Shown here piece by piece: positions 19,623-29,160 of a stretch of DNA of 32,000 bases. The notes beneath the pieces were generated by a model. The model had not been told where the DNA came from. It searched no databases and was given only the letters and a program-made list of their open reading frames with translations. Made by a program: the position numbers and the translations under genes. The number at the start of each line of letters is the position of its first letter. Position 1 is the stretch's first letter. Source of the stretch: Aliivibrio fischeri ES114 (lineage in GTDB: Bacteria > Pseudomonadota > Gammaproteobacteria > Enterobacterales > Vibrionaceae); NCBI RefSeq assembly GCF_000011805.1, contig NC_006840.2, one strand, 5' to 3'.

Positions 19623-19958
19623 TTAGGCTTTCTTTACAAACTGAGCCGTCACCATCATTTCGCCAACACCATCAACCTTACAATCTAATTGATGATCTTT
19701 TCCATCAACAATACGTTTGATAATCGCTTTTGTTCCCACTTTAATCACTAAAGAGCTGCCTTTAACTTTTAAATCTTTAGCTACCGTTATCTTATCGCCT
19801 TCTTCCAACAACGTACCGTTAGCGTCTTTGACGATCACCTTCTCTTCCATAAGTGCTTCTTCAGGGTTCCATTCATGAGCACACTCAGGGCAGATAAGAT
19901 GGTTTTGATCTGGATAAACAAATTCAGAGTTACATACAGGGCAAGGAGGAAGAGACAT
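19623..19958 (-). CDS. phnA: PhnA/YjdM zinc-ribbon protein
   Basis: LPPCPVCNSEFVYPDQNHLICPECAHEWNP...VKDANGTLLEEGDKITVAKDLKVKGSSLVIKVGTKAIIKRIVDGKDHQLDCKVDGVGEMMVTAQFVKKA. Confidence 0.95.
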   Translation of the reverse strand: MSLPPCPVCNSEFVYPDQNHLICPECAHEWNPEEALMEEKVIVKDANGTLLEEGDKITVAKDLKVKGSSLVIKVGTKAIIKRIVDGKDHQLDCKVDGVGEMMVTAQFVKKA

Positions 19959-20058
19959 ATTGGATTACTTCTTAGTTAATGAACGTAATCTATATAGTAA
20001 TAGGTCTATATAAAGAATGAAATGCCTTCATGAAGATCATTAAACCGCAAATACAAAA

Positions 20059-20081
20059 ACGCCCCATTCAAGATGAGGCGT
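20059..20081. terminator. Hairpin, probable terminator between convergent-facing ends
   Basis: AACGCCcCAT-TCAAG-ATGaGGCGTT is preceded by AAAAA, so the T-run lies on the minus strand. Confidence 0.55.
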
Positions 20082-20099
20082 TAATATTTAAAACGGCTT

Positions 20100-21131
20100 T
20101 TACGCTAATTGTTTTAGCTTATGCTCAACTAATGGATCATCTGGCACTAATAATTGCGCCATTTCTAAAAGCTGAATGGCATCTTTTGGATGCTCATCTT
20201 TGTGCTTAAGTGCGATATCAATTAAAGGCTGAACATCTATCTGCGCTTGATGCTCTTGTACGTGCGCTTCTTTCTCACCAATAACAATATTATGTGCTTT
20301 ACTCAATAACCCCAGACGGTGCTCAGAGCTTGAGTTCGCTTTATTAAGGCGTTTGTAATAATCTTCTTTAAAACGTAACGTTTTAGTTTGCTGACGAAAT
20401 TGAGCAATATCAACCTTTTGATGGCGCATAAAATCAACCGCCACCTGCTTATAAAAACCGAATTTATTAAGATAAGTAGCGTGAGTACCATGTCCCATAC
20501 CAAACACACGTAAATGCGTCAGCTCAGGATAACGTTTAGCGTGCAAACGATCGATGCGGTTTGTTGGGTCATAAATGATATAGCCCTTCGCTTTTCCTAA
20601 ATCAAGATCGTGATAATCGCCTTCCCAATCAAACTTCTGTGCAATTTCAGTGCTTGATCTGTCATCCCATGGCGCAATATTTTGGTTTTTCGTACTAACA
20701 GGATGAAACAACAAAACTTGGTCAAGTTGCAACAAATTAGCAAATGCACCAATAGCGAATCCACCACGACTTAATCCATACCCTAAACGATAAGTAAATG
20801 GTTCAAGCAAGGTAGATAATTGCTCTAAAAAGAAGATTAAGTTTCGACTACGGAACCAGTTACTTTGGCCCAGGTGCTGAAATGAAATCACATTCACGTC
20901 TTGTTTTCGTGCTAAATGATAGCCCCACGGCGCATAATCTTCATGAAGGTCTTGCTCTTTTAAGTTGGTTCCCGCAGGAGAAAACGTAAACAGTAGTGGC
21001 TTGTCCAAATCAACAAACTCATACTTAACAAACACATCGTCAAGTAAATCGCTGCCCGTCATCGGAAGTCGCGCTTGTTGTTGTGAACGTGAGTTGGTTA
21101 ACCACTCATCTAACCAATACAGTAATTTCAT
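20100..21131 (-). CDS. Alpha/beta-hydrolase-like protein of unknown function
   Basis: YRLGYGLSRGGFAIGAFANLLQLDQVLLFHPVS has a G-x-S-x-G-like nucleophile elbow. A helical C-terminal region follows. Confidence 0.5.
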   Translation of the reverse strand: MKLLYWLDEWLTNSRSQQQARLPMTGSDLLDDVFVKYEFVDLDKPLLFTFSPAGTNLKEQDLHEDYAPWGYHLARKQDVNVISFQHLGQSNWFRSRNLIFFLEQLSTLLEPFTYRLGYGLSRGGFAIGAFANLLQLDQVLLFHPVSTKNQNIAPWDDRSSTEIAQKFDWEGDYHDLDLGKAKGYIIYDPTNRIDRLHAKRYPELTHLRVFGMGHGTHATYLNKFGFYKQVAVDFMRHQKVDIAQFRQQTKTLRFKEDYYKRLNKANSSSEHRLGLLSKAHNIVIGEKEAHVQEHQAQIDVQPLIDIALKHKDEHPKDAIQLLEMAQLLVPDDPLVEHKLKQLA

Positions 21132-21261
21132 TTAGCTCTCCTTTAAAACAAGCGCGAGATTGTATCAAAGATAACCGCTGAACGAAAATTTAGTTTGAAC
21201 ACTAATATTTATAACTGGAATGATTTTAATAAACAGTTGATACACAAAAATAAAACAATAG

Positions 21262-21295
21262 CTTACATCCTCGTGATTTGTGCCGAGGATGTAAG
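21262..21295. terminator. Perfect 12-bp stem hairpin downstream of the protease gene
   Basis: CTTACATCCTCG (21262-21273) and CGAGGATGTAAG (21284-21295), loop of 10 nt. Confidence 0.65.
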
Positions 21296-21323
21296 GGTAT
21301 ATAATTTCAATTTATCAAAAACA

Positions 21324-23066
21324 TTATAACGTAGGTAAAGGCCCCCAATCCAATTCACCACAGAGTGTATCTAAATAACGTTCTGCGGCATAAGCATTTA
21401 CCATACCATAACCAGTCCTGTTATCACGGCCTACTTCGGCAATATCAATTGAGGTTTCGGTTAGCGCTCTACGTACTTGTGCTGCGGTACACGTTGGGTG
21501 ATAACTCCACACTAAGCTAGCAACACCCGCTACATGCGGCGTCGCCATTGAAGTACCACTGTAATACTCATAGTCTTTCCCCTCACTAGTCGAAACTGTG
21601 ACCTCTTTACCTATGTAGCCCAATAACGTCTGACCAAAGGGATGATCAACCGTTACTGAGACAATACGTGCTACATTTTTTTCATCTACAATAGAAGGAT
21701 TCTGTAAGCCTGGTAGTTTAGCGTTACTATACACAATCGCTGCGATTGCCCCAGCATCAGAACACGTTTTAATCAAGCGATTATCTAATGACATTTTATC
21801 CTGTTTTTTAACATGCTGGCGTTCAATCAAACAGATACTGTTCGACATATCACCACATTTGTAAGTGCCGTCAAACAACAAATCACAACGTTTTAAAATA
21901 CCCGTGATTGAACCTGTAACTAGGTCTGAAATGTATTGTTCATCCTTCATTATCCTACGCTTGTATGGCACGATACCACGCTTAAACTGACTAAGACCGT
22001 TTAAACTAATGTCTGAAAGCACACCTTCACCAACTGTAACGGTAGACAAAATTGCCACACCCGGAGCAGCTATTTCAACTTGGTCTGTTATTTGAGAAAA
22101 AGCTGCGTGTTCAAGATTACTATCCACTGCGGCAACCGACATTACGGAATCATAAGAAGCCGGGAAAGAGTAACTAGTATCACCATCATTACCAGCAGCT
22201 GCAATTAATAATACGCCTTTCTCATAGATAGATTGTAGCCCGTTTTTTTCGGTCATTGTCGATTTAGAACCACCTAAACTCATGTTGATAACATTTGCAC
22301 CATTGTCTACACAAGTTTGTACGGCTTTCACCAAATCTGATGAGTAGACCCAACCATTTTCATTCAACGCTTTCACGATGTACAAATTCACTTTTTGATT
22401 TGGCATGATCCCTTTGATACCTTCCGAGTTAGCAATCGCAGAGATCGTACCTGCTACGTGAGTTCCGTGGCTGTTATCTCCCCCAGGATCTGGAACACTC
22501 CAAGGAAAGTCAGAATTAGAATCGGAGACATTAGGCCCTGAAACGCGGTTACCACTCAGATCGTTGTGCTTTATATCGTAACCTGTATCAATGATACACA
22601 CTGTACGGTTACCTGCATTAAAATCATCAACAACCTGAGCCCCAACCACCTCATAGCCCCAAGGTGTAGTTTCACCACTCCATATATCAGGAGAAGCTCT
22701 TCTTAATAAAAAACGGGGTTGGTCAATTTCTACGTATTCCACATCGCTACGATTACGCAATTGCTCCAACTTCAAGTCTCCCATCTCCACACTGTAAATA
22801 GTACTGTTTCCTAACCTTTTCACTTCACGTGCTTTAAGCTTTTCTAAAACTAACTCTTCCGTTACATGCTGGTTTTCACTCATTTCACTCAACTCTGAAA
22901 AACTAGACGCATCTTCTTTAAATTTAACAATATATTTTTTCGGGAAGTTAGATTCGTCGACTTCCCTTAAGGAAGTAACCGCATTAACTTGCATTGAAAA
23001 AATCATAGCTACTACAATGATAGACAATGAAAATAAACTATTTAATTTAGCTGTTATACAATTCAT
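21324..23066 (-). CDS. Secreted subtilisin-like S8 serine protease with I9 propeptide and a PA-type insert
   Basis: Signal peptide MNCITAKLNSLFSLSIIVVAMIFSMQVNA; propeptide KYIVKFKEDA...; catalytic CIIDTGYDIKHNDL / HGTHVAGTISAI / SGTSMATPHVAGVASL; insert CSDAGAIAAIVYSN. The start was moved to the ATG at 23066, which has GAGG upstream. Confidence 0.9.
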   Translation of the reverse strand: MNCITAKLNSLFSLSIIVVAMIFSMQVNAVTSLREVDESNFPKKYIVKFKEDASSFSELSEMSENQHVTEELVLEKLKAREVKRLGNSTIYSVEMGDLKLEQLRNRSDVEYVEIDQPRFLLRRASPDIWSGETTPWGYEVVGAQVVDDFNAGNRTVCIIDTGYDIKHNDLSGNRVSGPNVSDSNSDFPWSVPDPGGDNSHGTHVAGTISAIANSEGIKGIMPNQKVNLYIVKALNENGWVYSSDLVKAVQTCVDNGANVINMSLGGSKSTMTEKNGLQSIYEKGVLLIAAAGNDGDTSYSFPASYDSVMSVAAVDSNLEHAAFSQITDQVEIAAPGVAILSTVTVGEGVLSDISLNGLSQFKRGIVPYKRRIMKDEQYISDLVTGSITGILKRCDLLFDGTYKCGDMSNSICLIERQHVKKQDKMSLDNRLIKTCSDAGAIAAIVYSNAKLPGLQNPSIVDEKNVARIVSVTVDHPFGQTLLGYIGKEVTVSTSEGKDYEYYSGTSMATPHVAGVASLVWSYHPTCTAAQVRRALTETSIDIAEVGRDNRTGYGMVNAYAAERYLDTLCGELDWGPLPTL

Positions 23067-23477
23067 TTTATTTATTCCTCTTTGAAAGCTGATTCGAAAG
23101 CTGATTCCTATTGCATCAAAGCAGCTCAAATCTAACTCCTTAAATACACTTGTGACAATAAAGCAACAATGCATCAACACAAGATGTAATAATTTACAGT
23201 AGCGGATTAGTTAAAAAATGTTAGTTAAAGCATTAAAGTCATTATTAAATATAAAGATGTATGCATAGTCTCATGATAATTAGGATAAAATGCTTAATAA
23301 TTGATCATCTTTTTTAAAAAATATGTCATTCAAAACAAAGTCATGTCACCGTCTTTATTTTCATCGATTACGTCACATAACAGCAAAAATACTCTCTCAA
23401 TAATAAGATCTGAGTGTATATTTATACTAATTCTATTGATAAAATAAATAATACTGATTTGTTTTTGATATTCCTGC

Positions 23478-25523
23478 ATGAACCTTAGGCTTTTAACAGC
23501 TTCGCTGATTTCTCTTATTTTAATTATTATTCTTTCTATTACCTTTTTATCTGAAGATGTATCTGTACATTCAACTAAAGAATCACCTTCAATTAAAAAA
23601 GCCATTGAATTAATCCTTAACATTCAATCAGCCCGACGTGGTGAACACCTAGATTATTTAGAGTCTGTTGTCTCTCAACACGCCAGGTTAAAAGCAAACA
23701 AATCAGAAACCTTCTATATAGAATTTCTTAAAGGTTATATCGCCTCTGCAAACAATCAGTTTGATTTGGCTGAAAAGCATTTTAATCATGCTCAACAATA
23801 CATCTACCCTGCACTTCCTTCGCATGTATTGTCTCGTTTTTATTATGAAAGAAGTTATATTGAAATAGAGCAAGATCAATACGAAAGATCGAAACTTAGC
23901 TACCAAAATGCAGAAAATTTATTTAATTCAAATCAAGACTATAGTCGTGCTTTCATTTCGATCTCATTAGGTCGAACGTATGATCTTGCACACGTAGAAC
24001 AAGGCAGTTTACTCAGCATTCAGCAAGCCCAAAAAACGCTCGAATTTGCACAAAAAATCAAATTTCCAGAAATGGAGAACGTTTATTTCATCCTTGGCCT
24101 TTCCTACTGGAACAATAACCAAACCATTCTAGGCATTGATTTTAAATTAAAAGCGTTAAATATTTACATAGAGAAGAAACAGTATAGCGATATCGTTTAC
24201 ACCTTAACGGATATTGGTATCGATTATCTGTTTTTAAAAAACTATGACGAAGCGATTCGCCAATTAACGCAAGCACTTGAATATCAGAATAAAAATAACA
24301 ACACAGAACCAGACGAAGCCTATTACATCGTATACAAACTATATAGTGCTTATCTTCAAATCAACGACATGGAAAATGCAAAGTATTATTTAGATGAAGC
24401 TGCGAGACTCCTAAGAATACAGAAAGACTCCATTGTTAAAGAGAATTTTCAAACAAACCAATTATTGCTAGAAGCTGAATACCTGTCGATTACAGGAAAA
24501 GCGAAAGAAGCACTCATGCTGCTAACTCAAGCTAATGAGCGCCATAAGAATGGACTTTCAAACAGCTTTTATCATTTTGATGTCACCTTATATAACACCT
24601 ATGGCAAGGTATACAATCACTTAGGTTTATATGATGACTCTATCTATCACCACACTTTAGCAAAAAAAGAAATTCAACAACGTAAACTCTTTTATCTAGA
24701 AGATGAAACGTATTTCTACTTATATGATGCTTATCAAAAACAAAAAGACTATCAAAAAGCGGCTTTGTATTTAGCAAAAAGCCACGCAGTAAAAACCAAA
24801 CAGTTGAATGATAATAACCAAGCACAAACGCAGTTTTTACTTCACTCTTTTGATAATAAAAAGAAAGAAAATAGAATTTTACAACTTGAAAGAAACGCCA
24901 GTAAGATCATGTTCTTCTCTGGTTTCCTTCTTTGTATTTTGATCGTTATTGCCGCTTTCGCTCGAATTTTGATGAATAAAAACAAAGAGATCAACGCACT
25001 TAATCTTAAATTACATGATCTTAGTTTAACGGACGGTTTAACAGCAGTACCCAACCGCAGAGCATTAGAACTTCATCTATTAGAGAATAAGCAAGATTTA
25101 ACGGTTCGCTCTGTCATGATGATAGACATTGATTACTTTAAAAAATACAACGACACCTATGGTCATAAAAAAGGTGATGAAGCATTAATCGCCGTCGCTA
25201 AGGCATTAAAAGAAAGCTGTAAAGAAAATGACTTCCTTACAAGATTTGGTGGTGAAGAATTTATTATTGTGATGAAAAATACCAATAAAGCAGAATCAAT
25301 ACAGATGGCCGAAAAAATTCAAGCCTGTATTACTTCTCTATGTATTCCTCACGAGAGTTCTGATGTCTCTTCCTTTATTACGTTGAGTATTGGTATTACT
25401 ACCTACTCTGTTAATAAAGACGATAAAGCAAACAATGAAAAGGCGATCATCGAAGCTGATAAGGCGCTGTACTATTCTAAAAATAAGGGCAGAAACCAGA
25501 GCAATCACTTTTATGATATTTAA
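23478..25523 (+). CDS. Diguanylate cyclase with extracytoplasmic TPR-like sensor region, TM helix, and C-terminal GGDEF domain
   Basis: Repeated helical TPR-like motifs; TM KIMFFSGFLLCILIVIAAFARIL; DSLTDGLT-type LSLTDGLTAVPNRRALE; active site RFGGEEFIIVMKN. Confidence 0.92.
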   Translation: MNLRLLTASLISLILIIILSITFLSEDVSVHSTKESPSIKKAIELILNIQSARRGEHLDYLESVVSQHARLKANKSETFYIEFLKGYIASANNQFDLAEKHFNHAQQYIYPALPSHVLSRFYYERSYIEIEQDQYERSKLSYQNAENLFNSNQDYSRAFISISLGRTYDLAHVEQGSLLSIQQAQKTLEFAQKIKFPEMENVYFILGLSYWNNNQTILGIDFKLKALNIYIEKKQYSDIVYTLTDIGIDYLFLKNYDEAIRQLTQALEYQNKNNNTEPDEAYYIVYKLYSAYLQINDMENAKYYLDEAARLLRIQKDSIVKENFQTNQLLLEAEYLSITGKAKEALMLLTQANERHKNGLSNSFYHFDVTLYNTYGKVYNHLGLYDDSIYHHTLAKKEIQQRKLFYLEDETYFYLYDAYQKQKDYQKAALYLAKSHAVKTKQLNDNNQAQTQFLLHSFDNKKKENRILQLERNASKIMFFSGFLLCILIVIAAFARILMNKNKEINALNLKLHDLSLTDGLTAVPNRRALELHLLENKQDLTVRSVMMIDIDYFKKYNDTYGHKKGDEALIAVAKALKESCKENDFLTRFGGEEFIIVMKNTNKAESIQMAEKIQACITSLCIPHESSDVSSFITLSIGITTYSVNKDDKANNEKAIIEADKALYYSKNKGRNQSNHFYDI

Positions 25524-25532
25524 ATATAATGT

Positions 25533-25562
25533 TTAAAGCCTGTAATTATACAGGCTTTAAAT
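25533..25562. terminator. Perfect 13-bp inverted repeat, bidirectional terminator
   Basis: TTTAAAGCCTGTA-ATTA-TACAGGCTTTAAA is between the convergent genes ending at 25523 and 25569. Confidence 0.8.
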
Positions 25563-25568
25563 CGTGCA

Positions 25569-25961
25569 TTATTTAGCAGGAGCAAAGTCTTCTGCAGCTT
25601 GACGGTGCGCCGTGTAAATTGCCTCACCATCACTCTCTGCATCAAAAATTACCGTTACATCAGGTGAGAAAAGAAGCACATCACCCACTTCTGCAACGTA
25701 TTTATTACCAGCAACGTCACGAACAACGATCTTGCCTTTAGTAATTACTTTGTATTCAACTGAATCATAAAAGTATTCAAACTCAACACCCGGAGACATG
25801 GTAAAGTGTCCCATCGTTAATGCGTTGGTGTTATTTGTTACTGCTACTTCTGCCATATCACTTTTTAAGCCTGGCTCATTTAATAATTGGCTAAGATCGT
25901 TCAGTTTAAAGCTACCAGATTTAATCAGCGTGATGCCTGATTTTTCTGTCAATGTTGTCAT
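25569..25961 (-). CDS. EutQ-like cupin protein
   Basis: MSPGVEFEYFYDSVEYKVITKGKIVVRDVAGNKYVAEVGDVLLFSPDVTVIFDAESDGEAIYTAHRQ. The start is likely MTTLTEKSG at 25961. Confidence 0.72.
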   Translation of the reverse strand: MTTLTEKSGITLIKSGSFKLNDLSQLLNEPGLKSDMAEVAVTNNTNALTMGHFTMSPGVEFEYFYDSVEYKVITKGKIVVRDVAGNKYVAEVGDVLLFSPDVTVIFDAESDGEAIYTAHRQAAEDFAPAK

Positions 25962-26260
25962 ATTAATATTCTCTTTGTAATTATATCCAAACTTTACATA
26001 CCAGTAGGCCACTGATATTTAAAAGGTAATACCCTAAGGCATGGAAAAGAGTTTAACTATATTTAAAACACGAACAATATGACCAAAACGTAAAACATTC
26101 TTACGTAACCTGTTGTAATGACAAAGATAAGCTCAGAATACGAAAATGATGGCTAAACGAGCGATGTTTTGAGATTAAAAGCACTCACAATACCGCAAAT
26201 ACACAAAACACTTTTACAGTATTGATAGTAATGTTTTAGCTTCATTTTAAATATAAAAAG

Positions 26261-26283
26261 CCGAACAAGTTACCCTGCTCGGC
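26261..26283 (-). terminator. Intrinsic terminator-like hairpin (copy 1 of a repeated element)
   Basis: CCGAaCA-AGTTACCC-TGCTCGG has an A-track on the plus strand on its 5' side. It is nearly identical to 31817-31838. Confidence 0.6.
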
Positions 26284-26316
26284 ATTTTGAATGCATTTCA
26301 GCAATAGAGTTTCTAC

Positions 26317-26769
26317 TTAGCTAATATCTACCCGATAAAGCGCATTAACGGGCTTTTCTACAAAATACGACCACACATGCTTAAACACTGCATGCTGATT
26401 TGGAAATGGAGCCAACTCCAGCGCTTCTTCTAAACTACACCACTTATATTCGGTATGTTCTTCATTTAGAACCACCTCTTGCTGTGGTGGACACATCACA
26501 ACAAAAACAGGGATGAGTTGAATAACATTAACACTGGCTTCGTAAAATTGTTCTAGATACTGAGCATTGTATAAATTTAAAACGTCAATTTGAGTCTCTT
26601 CCTTAAGCTCACGAACGATTGCATCAATGCCCGTTTCACCCTGTTCAATTGAGCCAGCAACATGACACCAAAAGCCACCCTTTACTCTTTTCATGAGTAG
26701 CATTTTAACTTCGCCATCAATTTTTGATAACGCCACGCCAGACACGACAGATGAACTTAGTGGGATCAT
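26317..26769 (-). CDS. NUDIX hydrolase
   Basis: GSIEQGETGIDAIVRELKEETQIDVLNL matches GX5EX7REUXEEXGU apart from the terminal position. Confidence 0.92.
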   Translation of the reverse strand: MIPLSSSVVSGVALSKIDGEVKMLLMKRVKGGFWCHVAGSIEQGETGIDAIVRELKEETQIDVLNLYNAQYLEQFYEASVNVIQLIPVFVVMCPPQQEVVLNEEHTEYKWCSLEEALELAPFPNQHAVFKHVWSYFVEKPVNALYRVDIS

Positions 26770-26805
26770 ATTTACCTCGAACTTAAAATGGTGAACAACA
26801 CAAGC

Positions 26806-26940
26806 CTATTTATCTTTTTCTTTGTTTTGTAAATATTCGGCATATTTTTTAGAAATAAACTTGTGTATATGAAGCCCTGTTTTACGAAGTAAATACCAAT
26901 CTATCGCAATTAATATGAGTAAACCTATTACCGTTCCCAT
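26806..26940 (-). CDS. 44-aa single-TM small protein
   Basis: MGTVIGLLILIAIDWYLLRKTGLHIHKFISKKYAEYLQNKEKDK with a strong RBS GGAGGG 6 nt upstream of the ATG at 26940. Confidence 0.55.
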   Translation of the reverse strand: MGTVIGLLILIAIDWYLLRKTGLHIHKFISKKYAEYLQNKEKDK

Positions 26941-27095
26941 TTGAAACCCTCCTTGAACATAGAACCATAACTCTACCAAACCATTGGTAAAATTTATAAA
27001 CATGAAGGCGATTTATGCTAAGTAGCTATGATTTCAGGTAAGTTTAGTCTATTGAGGGAGAATGCTCGTTTGAAGTAGAGAGAAAAGATGCCGCT

Positions 27096-27168
27096 GCCAC
27101 GTTAAAAACTAAATGCAACGCATAGTAAAAATGCCATGCGTTGCGAATTACTTTTAAACAGATTGCTA
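27096..27168 (-). repeat. attC-like (VCR/VPR-type) cassette recombination site A, right-hand box degenerate
   Basis: Minus strand: TAGCAATCTGTTTAAAAGTAATTCGCAACGCATGGCATTTTTACTATGCGTTGCATTTAGTTTTTAACGTGGCAGCGGC. It shares the CGCAACGCrTGG...CTATGCGTTGC core with site B, but the terminal CGTTG box is replaced by CATCT. Confidence 0.75.
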
Positions 27169-27480
27169 TAGTTCAGCGATGTGCGACAGAGTTTCGGGGT
27201 GGCGCTGAACCAACTTTAGAAGAGTAACAGCTTGCCCATTAGGTGCGCTGCGCCCCTGCTCCCAGTTTTCTAATGTACGTGATGATGTATGCAGTAAACG
27301 AGCGAATACACCACGAGACATATTGAATTGCTCACGAATACTCACAATTTCATCAGGCGAGATATCTAACTCACTGATGTCATTAACTTGGTGAGTTTTC
27401 AGGGTTACTTTACCCTCTGAATGCTCTTTAGCTTCAACAAGTGCTGAACTTAATTCAGTAAATAAGTCACGATTGCTCAT
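27166..27480 (-). CDS. higA: HigA-2-like XRE-family antitoxin (cassette-borne)
   Basis: MSNRDLFTELSSALVEAKEHSEGKVTLKTHQVNDISELDISPDEIVSIREQFNMSRGVFARLLHTSSRTLENWEQGRSAPNGQAVTLLKLVQRHPETLSHIAEL. As I recall it, this is nearly identical to the Vibrio superintegron HigA-2. Confidence 0.9.
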   Translation of the reverse strand: MSNRDLFTELSSALVEAKEHSEGKVTLKTHQVNDISELDISPDEIVSIREQFNMSRGVFARLLHTSSRTLENWEQGRSAPNGQAVTLLKLVQRHPETLSHIAEL

Positions 27481-27540
27481 TGCGCCACGCCTCCATAAAA
27501 GCTTAAACTCATTATCACTGGGGTATTCTTTCGATACTTT
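27467..27540 (-). pseudogene. higB: Remnant of a HigB-2-like toxin gene
   Basis: An N-terminal-like piece KVSKEYPSDNEFKL (27499-27540) abuts, in another frame, the C-terminal piece AFMEAWRNEQS* (27467-27499), which overlaps the higA start. The middle (~70 aa) is missing. Confidence 0.7.
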
Positions 27541-27656
27541 CCAGATACAAAGTATACGCAAGTAACGTACAGATAGCAAAACTATACGTGATTAACGTAG
27601 TTATGAGTTTTGGGTCGGTAAATCTGACCTGAGCTATCGTCGCATTAAGTTGTAAA

Positions 27657-27736
27657 CAACGCCTCCTTAAGCACTAAACGCAACGCATAGTAAAAATTCC
27701 ACGCGTTGCGAATCACTCTTAAACAAATTGTTAAAT
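27657..27736 (-). repeat. attC site B (VCR/VPR-like)
   Basis: Minus strand: ATTTAACAATTTGTTTAAGAGTGATTCGCAACGCGTGGAATTTTTACTATGCGTTGCGTTTAGTGCTTAAGGAGGCGTTG. The left ATTTAAC matches RYYYAAC, the stem CGCAACGCGTGG.../CTATGCGTTGCG is imperfect, and the right box is CGTTG. Confidence 0.88.
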
Positions 27737-29125
27737 TTACACAGCAATCCAACTACTTTTCAGCCCGGTTGAGGAATCTTTTCTTTGAATCAAGCCTTTA
27801 TCTCTTAATTTAGAAAATTGGTACGTTACCTTTTCTGTTCGGTCTATACCTGTGAGATCTCGAGCTTGACGATTGTTAATTTCACCATTCGATTCGATGA
27901 ATTTCATGATTAAGGTCTCAGGATCATCATTGGAACTATGCCTTAATATAATCTTCACATAGTTTCCATCCTCCAGAATTTCAGGATCTCGAAGTCCCAT
28001 AGAACGCATACGTTGAAAAGCTGTATTCATGCCTTCACCTAAATCTTTATTTGGGGAGTCTTTATACTTGGATAAAATACGAACAATTTTCGAATTTCGT
28101 GAACATCTATTTTCGAGTATGTTTTCAGCAGTGACGAAACCAGTAAATCGACCTGGACTTTTAAACTCGATTCGGTTGTTGAAAATGCTAACCAACACAT
28201 TATCTGAGATTGCGTAATCACGATGAATAACAGTATTTACTAATATTTCCCAAATAGTTTCTTTCGGGTATTTAGTTTCTACTAATCCCTCTACTTTCCA
28301 TACCTTATTTTTAGATAAAAACAGCTCAATCTTAGAATATGCGTCCTGAATTTGTTGATATAAAGACCCTTCAATCGCGATATTGTCTTCAGTTAAAGCA
28401 TCTCTATCAATATCTTCACCATCTGTATCATAGCGGACAATCCGGATCGCACATTGCTTAGGTAGTTCTGCTGAAGGATTTTCCGCGAACAAAAGTACTG
28501 CAGCAACAGTTGGTGCCCATGTCTCAGAGTCGACCAACTTTTCTTTTAAAAGAAATGTTATAGGATCAGGTGCTCTAATTGGAAGCTCAGATAAGAACTT
28601 TGTAAGCTCAATACTAGAATCAAGCTCGTCTATTGAGGCAGAATTAACAAGAGAATCTTCTTCAGAAATTATTCCTTTCGCATGTGTTAACTCTAAGATC
28701 TTAATTGGCGCGGTTACTGGAAGAGACTGTGCCCCTTGTCGAAGAAAAATTTTTTTCTTCGCTGTTTCATGAACAGATAAACCTTTATTGATCTTAACCC
28801 TTAACACATAGTTCCGAGACTCATTAACTCTTGTTAAAAAATCAAAACGGAAATCAACAGAAGGTACAAGTTCACTCAACGCCTGAATAACCGAGTTATA
28901 AGCTTCTGTTGATTCTTGACCTTGCCATCTTTTTTCAGGAATAACTTCGTCTTTATCATCCGCAATTCCGACAAGTATTTCACCACCATCGGCATTAGCG
29001 AATGCAACAGCAATTTTTTGGACTTTTTCACCTTTTAGTCCAAATGCTTTTCTGTCGAAAAAATGGTCTTCATCTTTAGTACAATAATACAAAGATTCTT
29101 TTTCTTGTAATTCTACGATTTTCAC
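27737..29125 (-). CDS. AlbA_2/Schlafen-like DNA-binding domain protein with GHKL-type ATP-binding region and C-terminal winged HTH
   Basis: KGEKVQKIAVAFANADGGEILVGIADDKDEV (AlbA_2); ETIWEILVNTVIHRDYAISDNVLVSIFNNRIEFKSPGRF...DLGEGMNTAFQRMRSMGL (HATPase_c_4-like); IESNGEINNRQARDLTGIDRTEKVTYQFSKLRDKGLIQRKD (wHTH). Confidence 0.87.
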   Translation of the reverse strand: MKIVELQEKESLYYCTKDEDHFFDRKAFGLKGEKVQKIAVAFANADGGEILVGIADDKDEVIPEKRWQGQESTEAYNSVIQALSELVPSVDFRFDFLTRVNESRNYVLRVKINKGLSVHETAKKKIFLRQGAQSLPVTAPIKILELTHAKGIISEEDSLVNSASIDELDSSIELTKFLSELPIRAPDPITFLLKEKLVDSETWAPTVAAVLLFAENPSAELPKQCAIRIVRYDTDGEDIDRDALTEDNIAIEGSLYQQIQDAYSKIELFLSKNKVWKVEGLVETKYPKETIWEILVNTVIHRDYAISDNVLVSIFNNRIEFKSPGRFTGFVTAENILENRCSRNSKIVRILSKYKDSPNKDLGEGMNTAFQRMRSMGLRDPEILEDGNYVKIILRHSSNDDPETLIMKFIESNGEINNRQARDLTGIDRTEKVTYQFSKLRDKGLIQRKDSSTGLKSSWIAV

Positions 29126-29160
29126 GGTAGTTCCTAATTAATTCACTCTTAAATACTTTG

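Noticed and set aside
23330-23623. 97-aa minus-strand ORF at the start of the diguanylate cyclase
   Set aside because: Overlaps the signal/TM start of a well-supported gene and has no domain. Treated as spurious.
28029-28221. Opposed small ORFs at 28029-28217(+) and 28039-28221
   Set aside because: They lie inside the AlbA_2/GHKL coding sequence, which has clear domain motifs.
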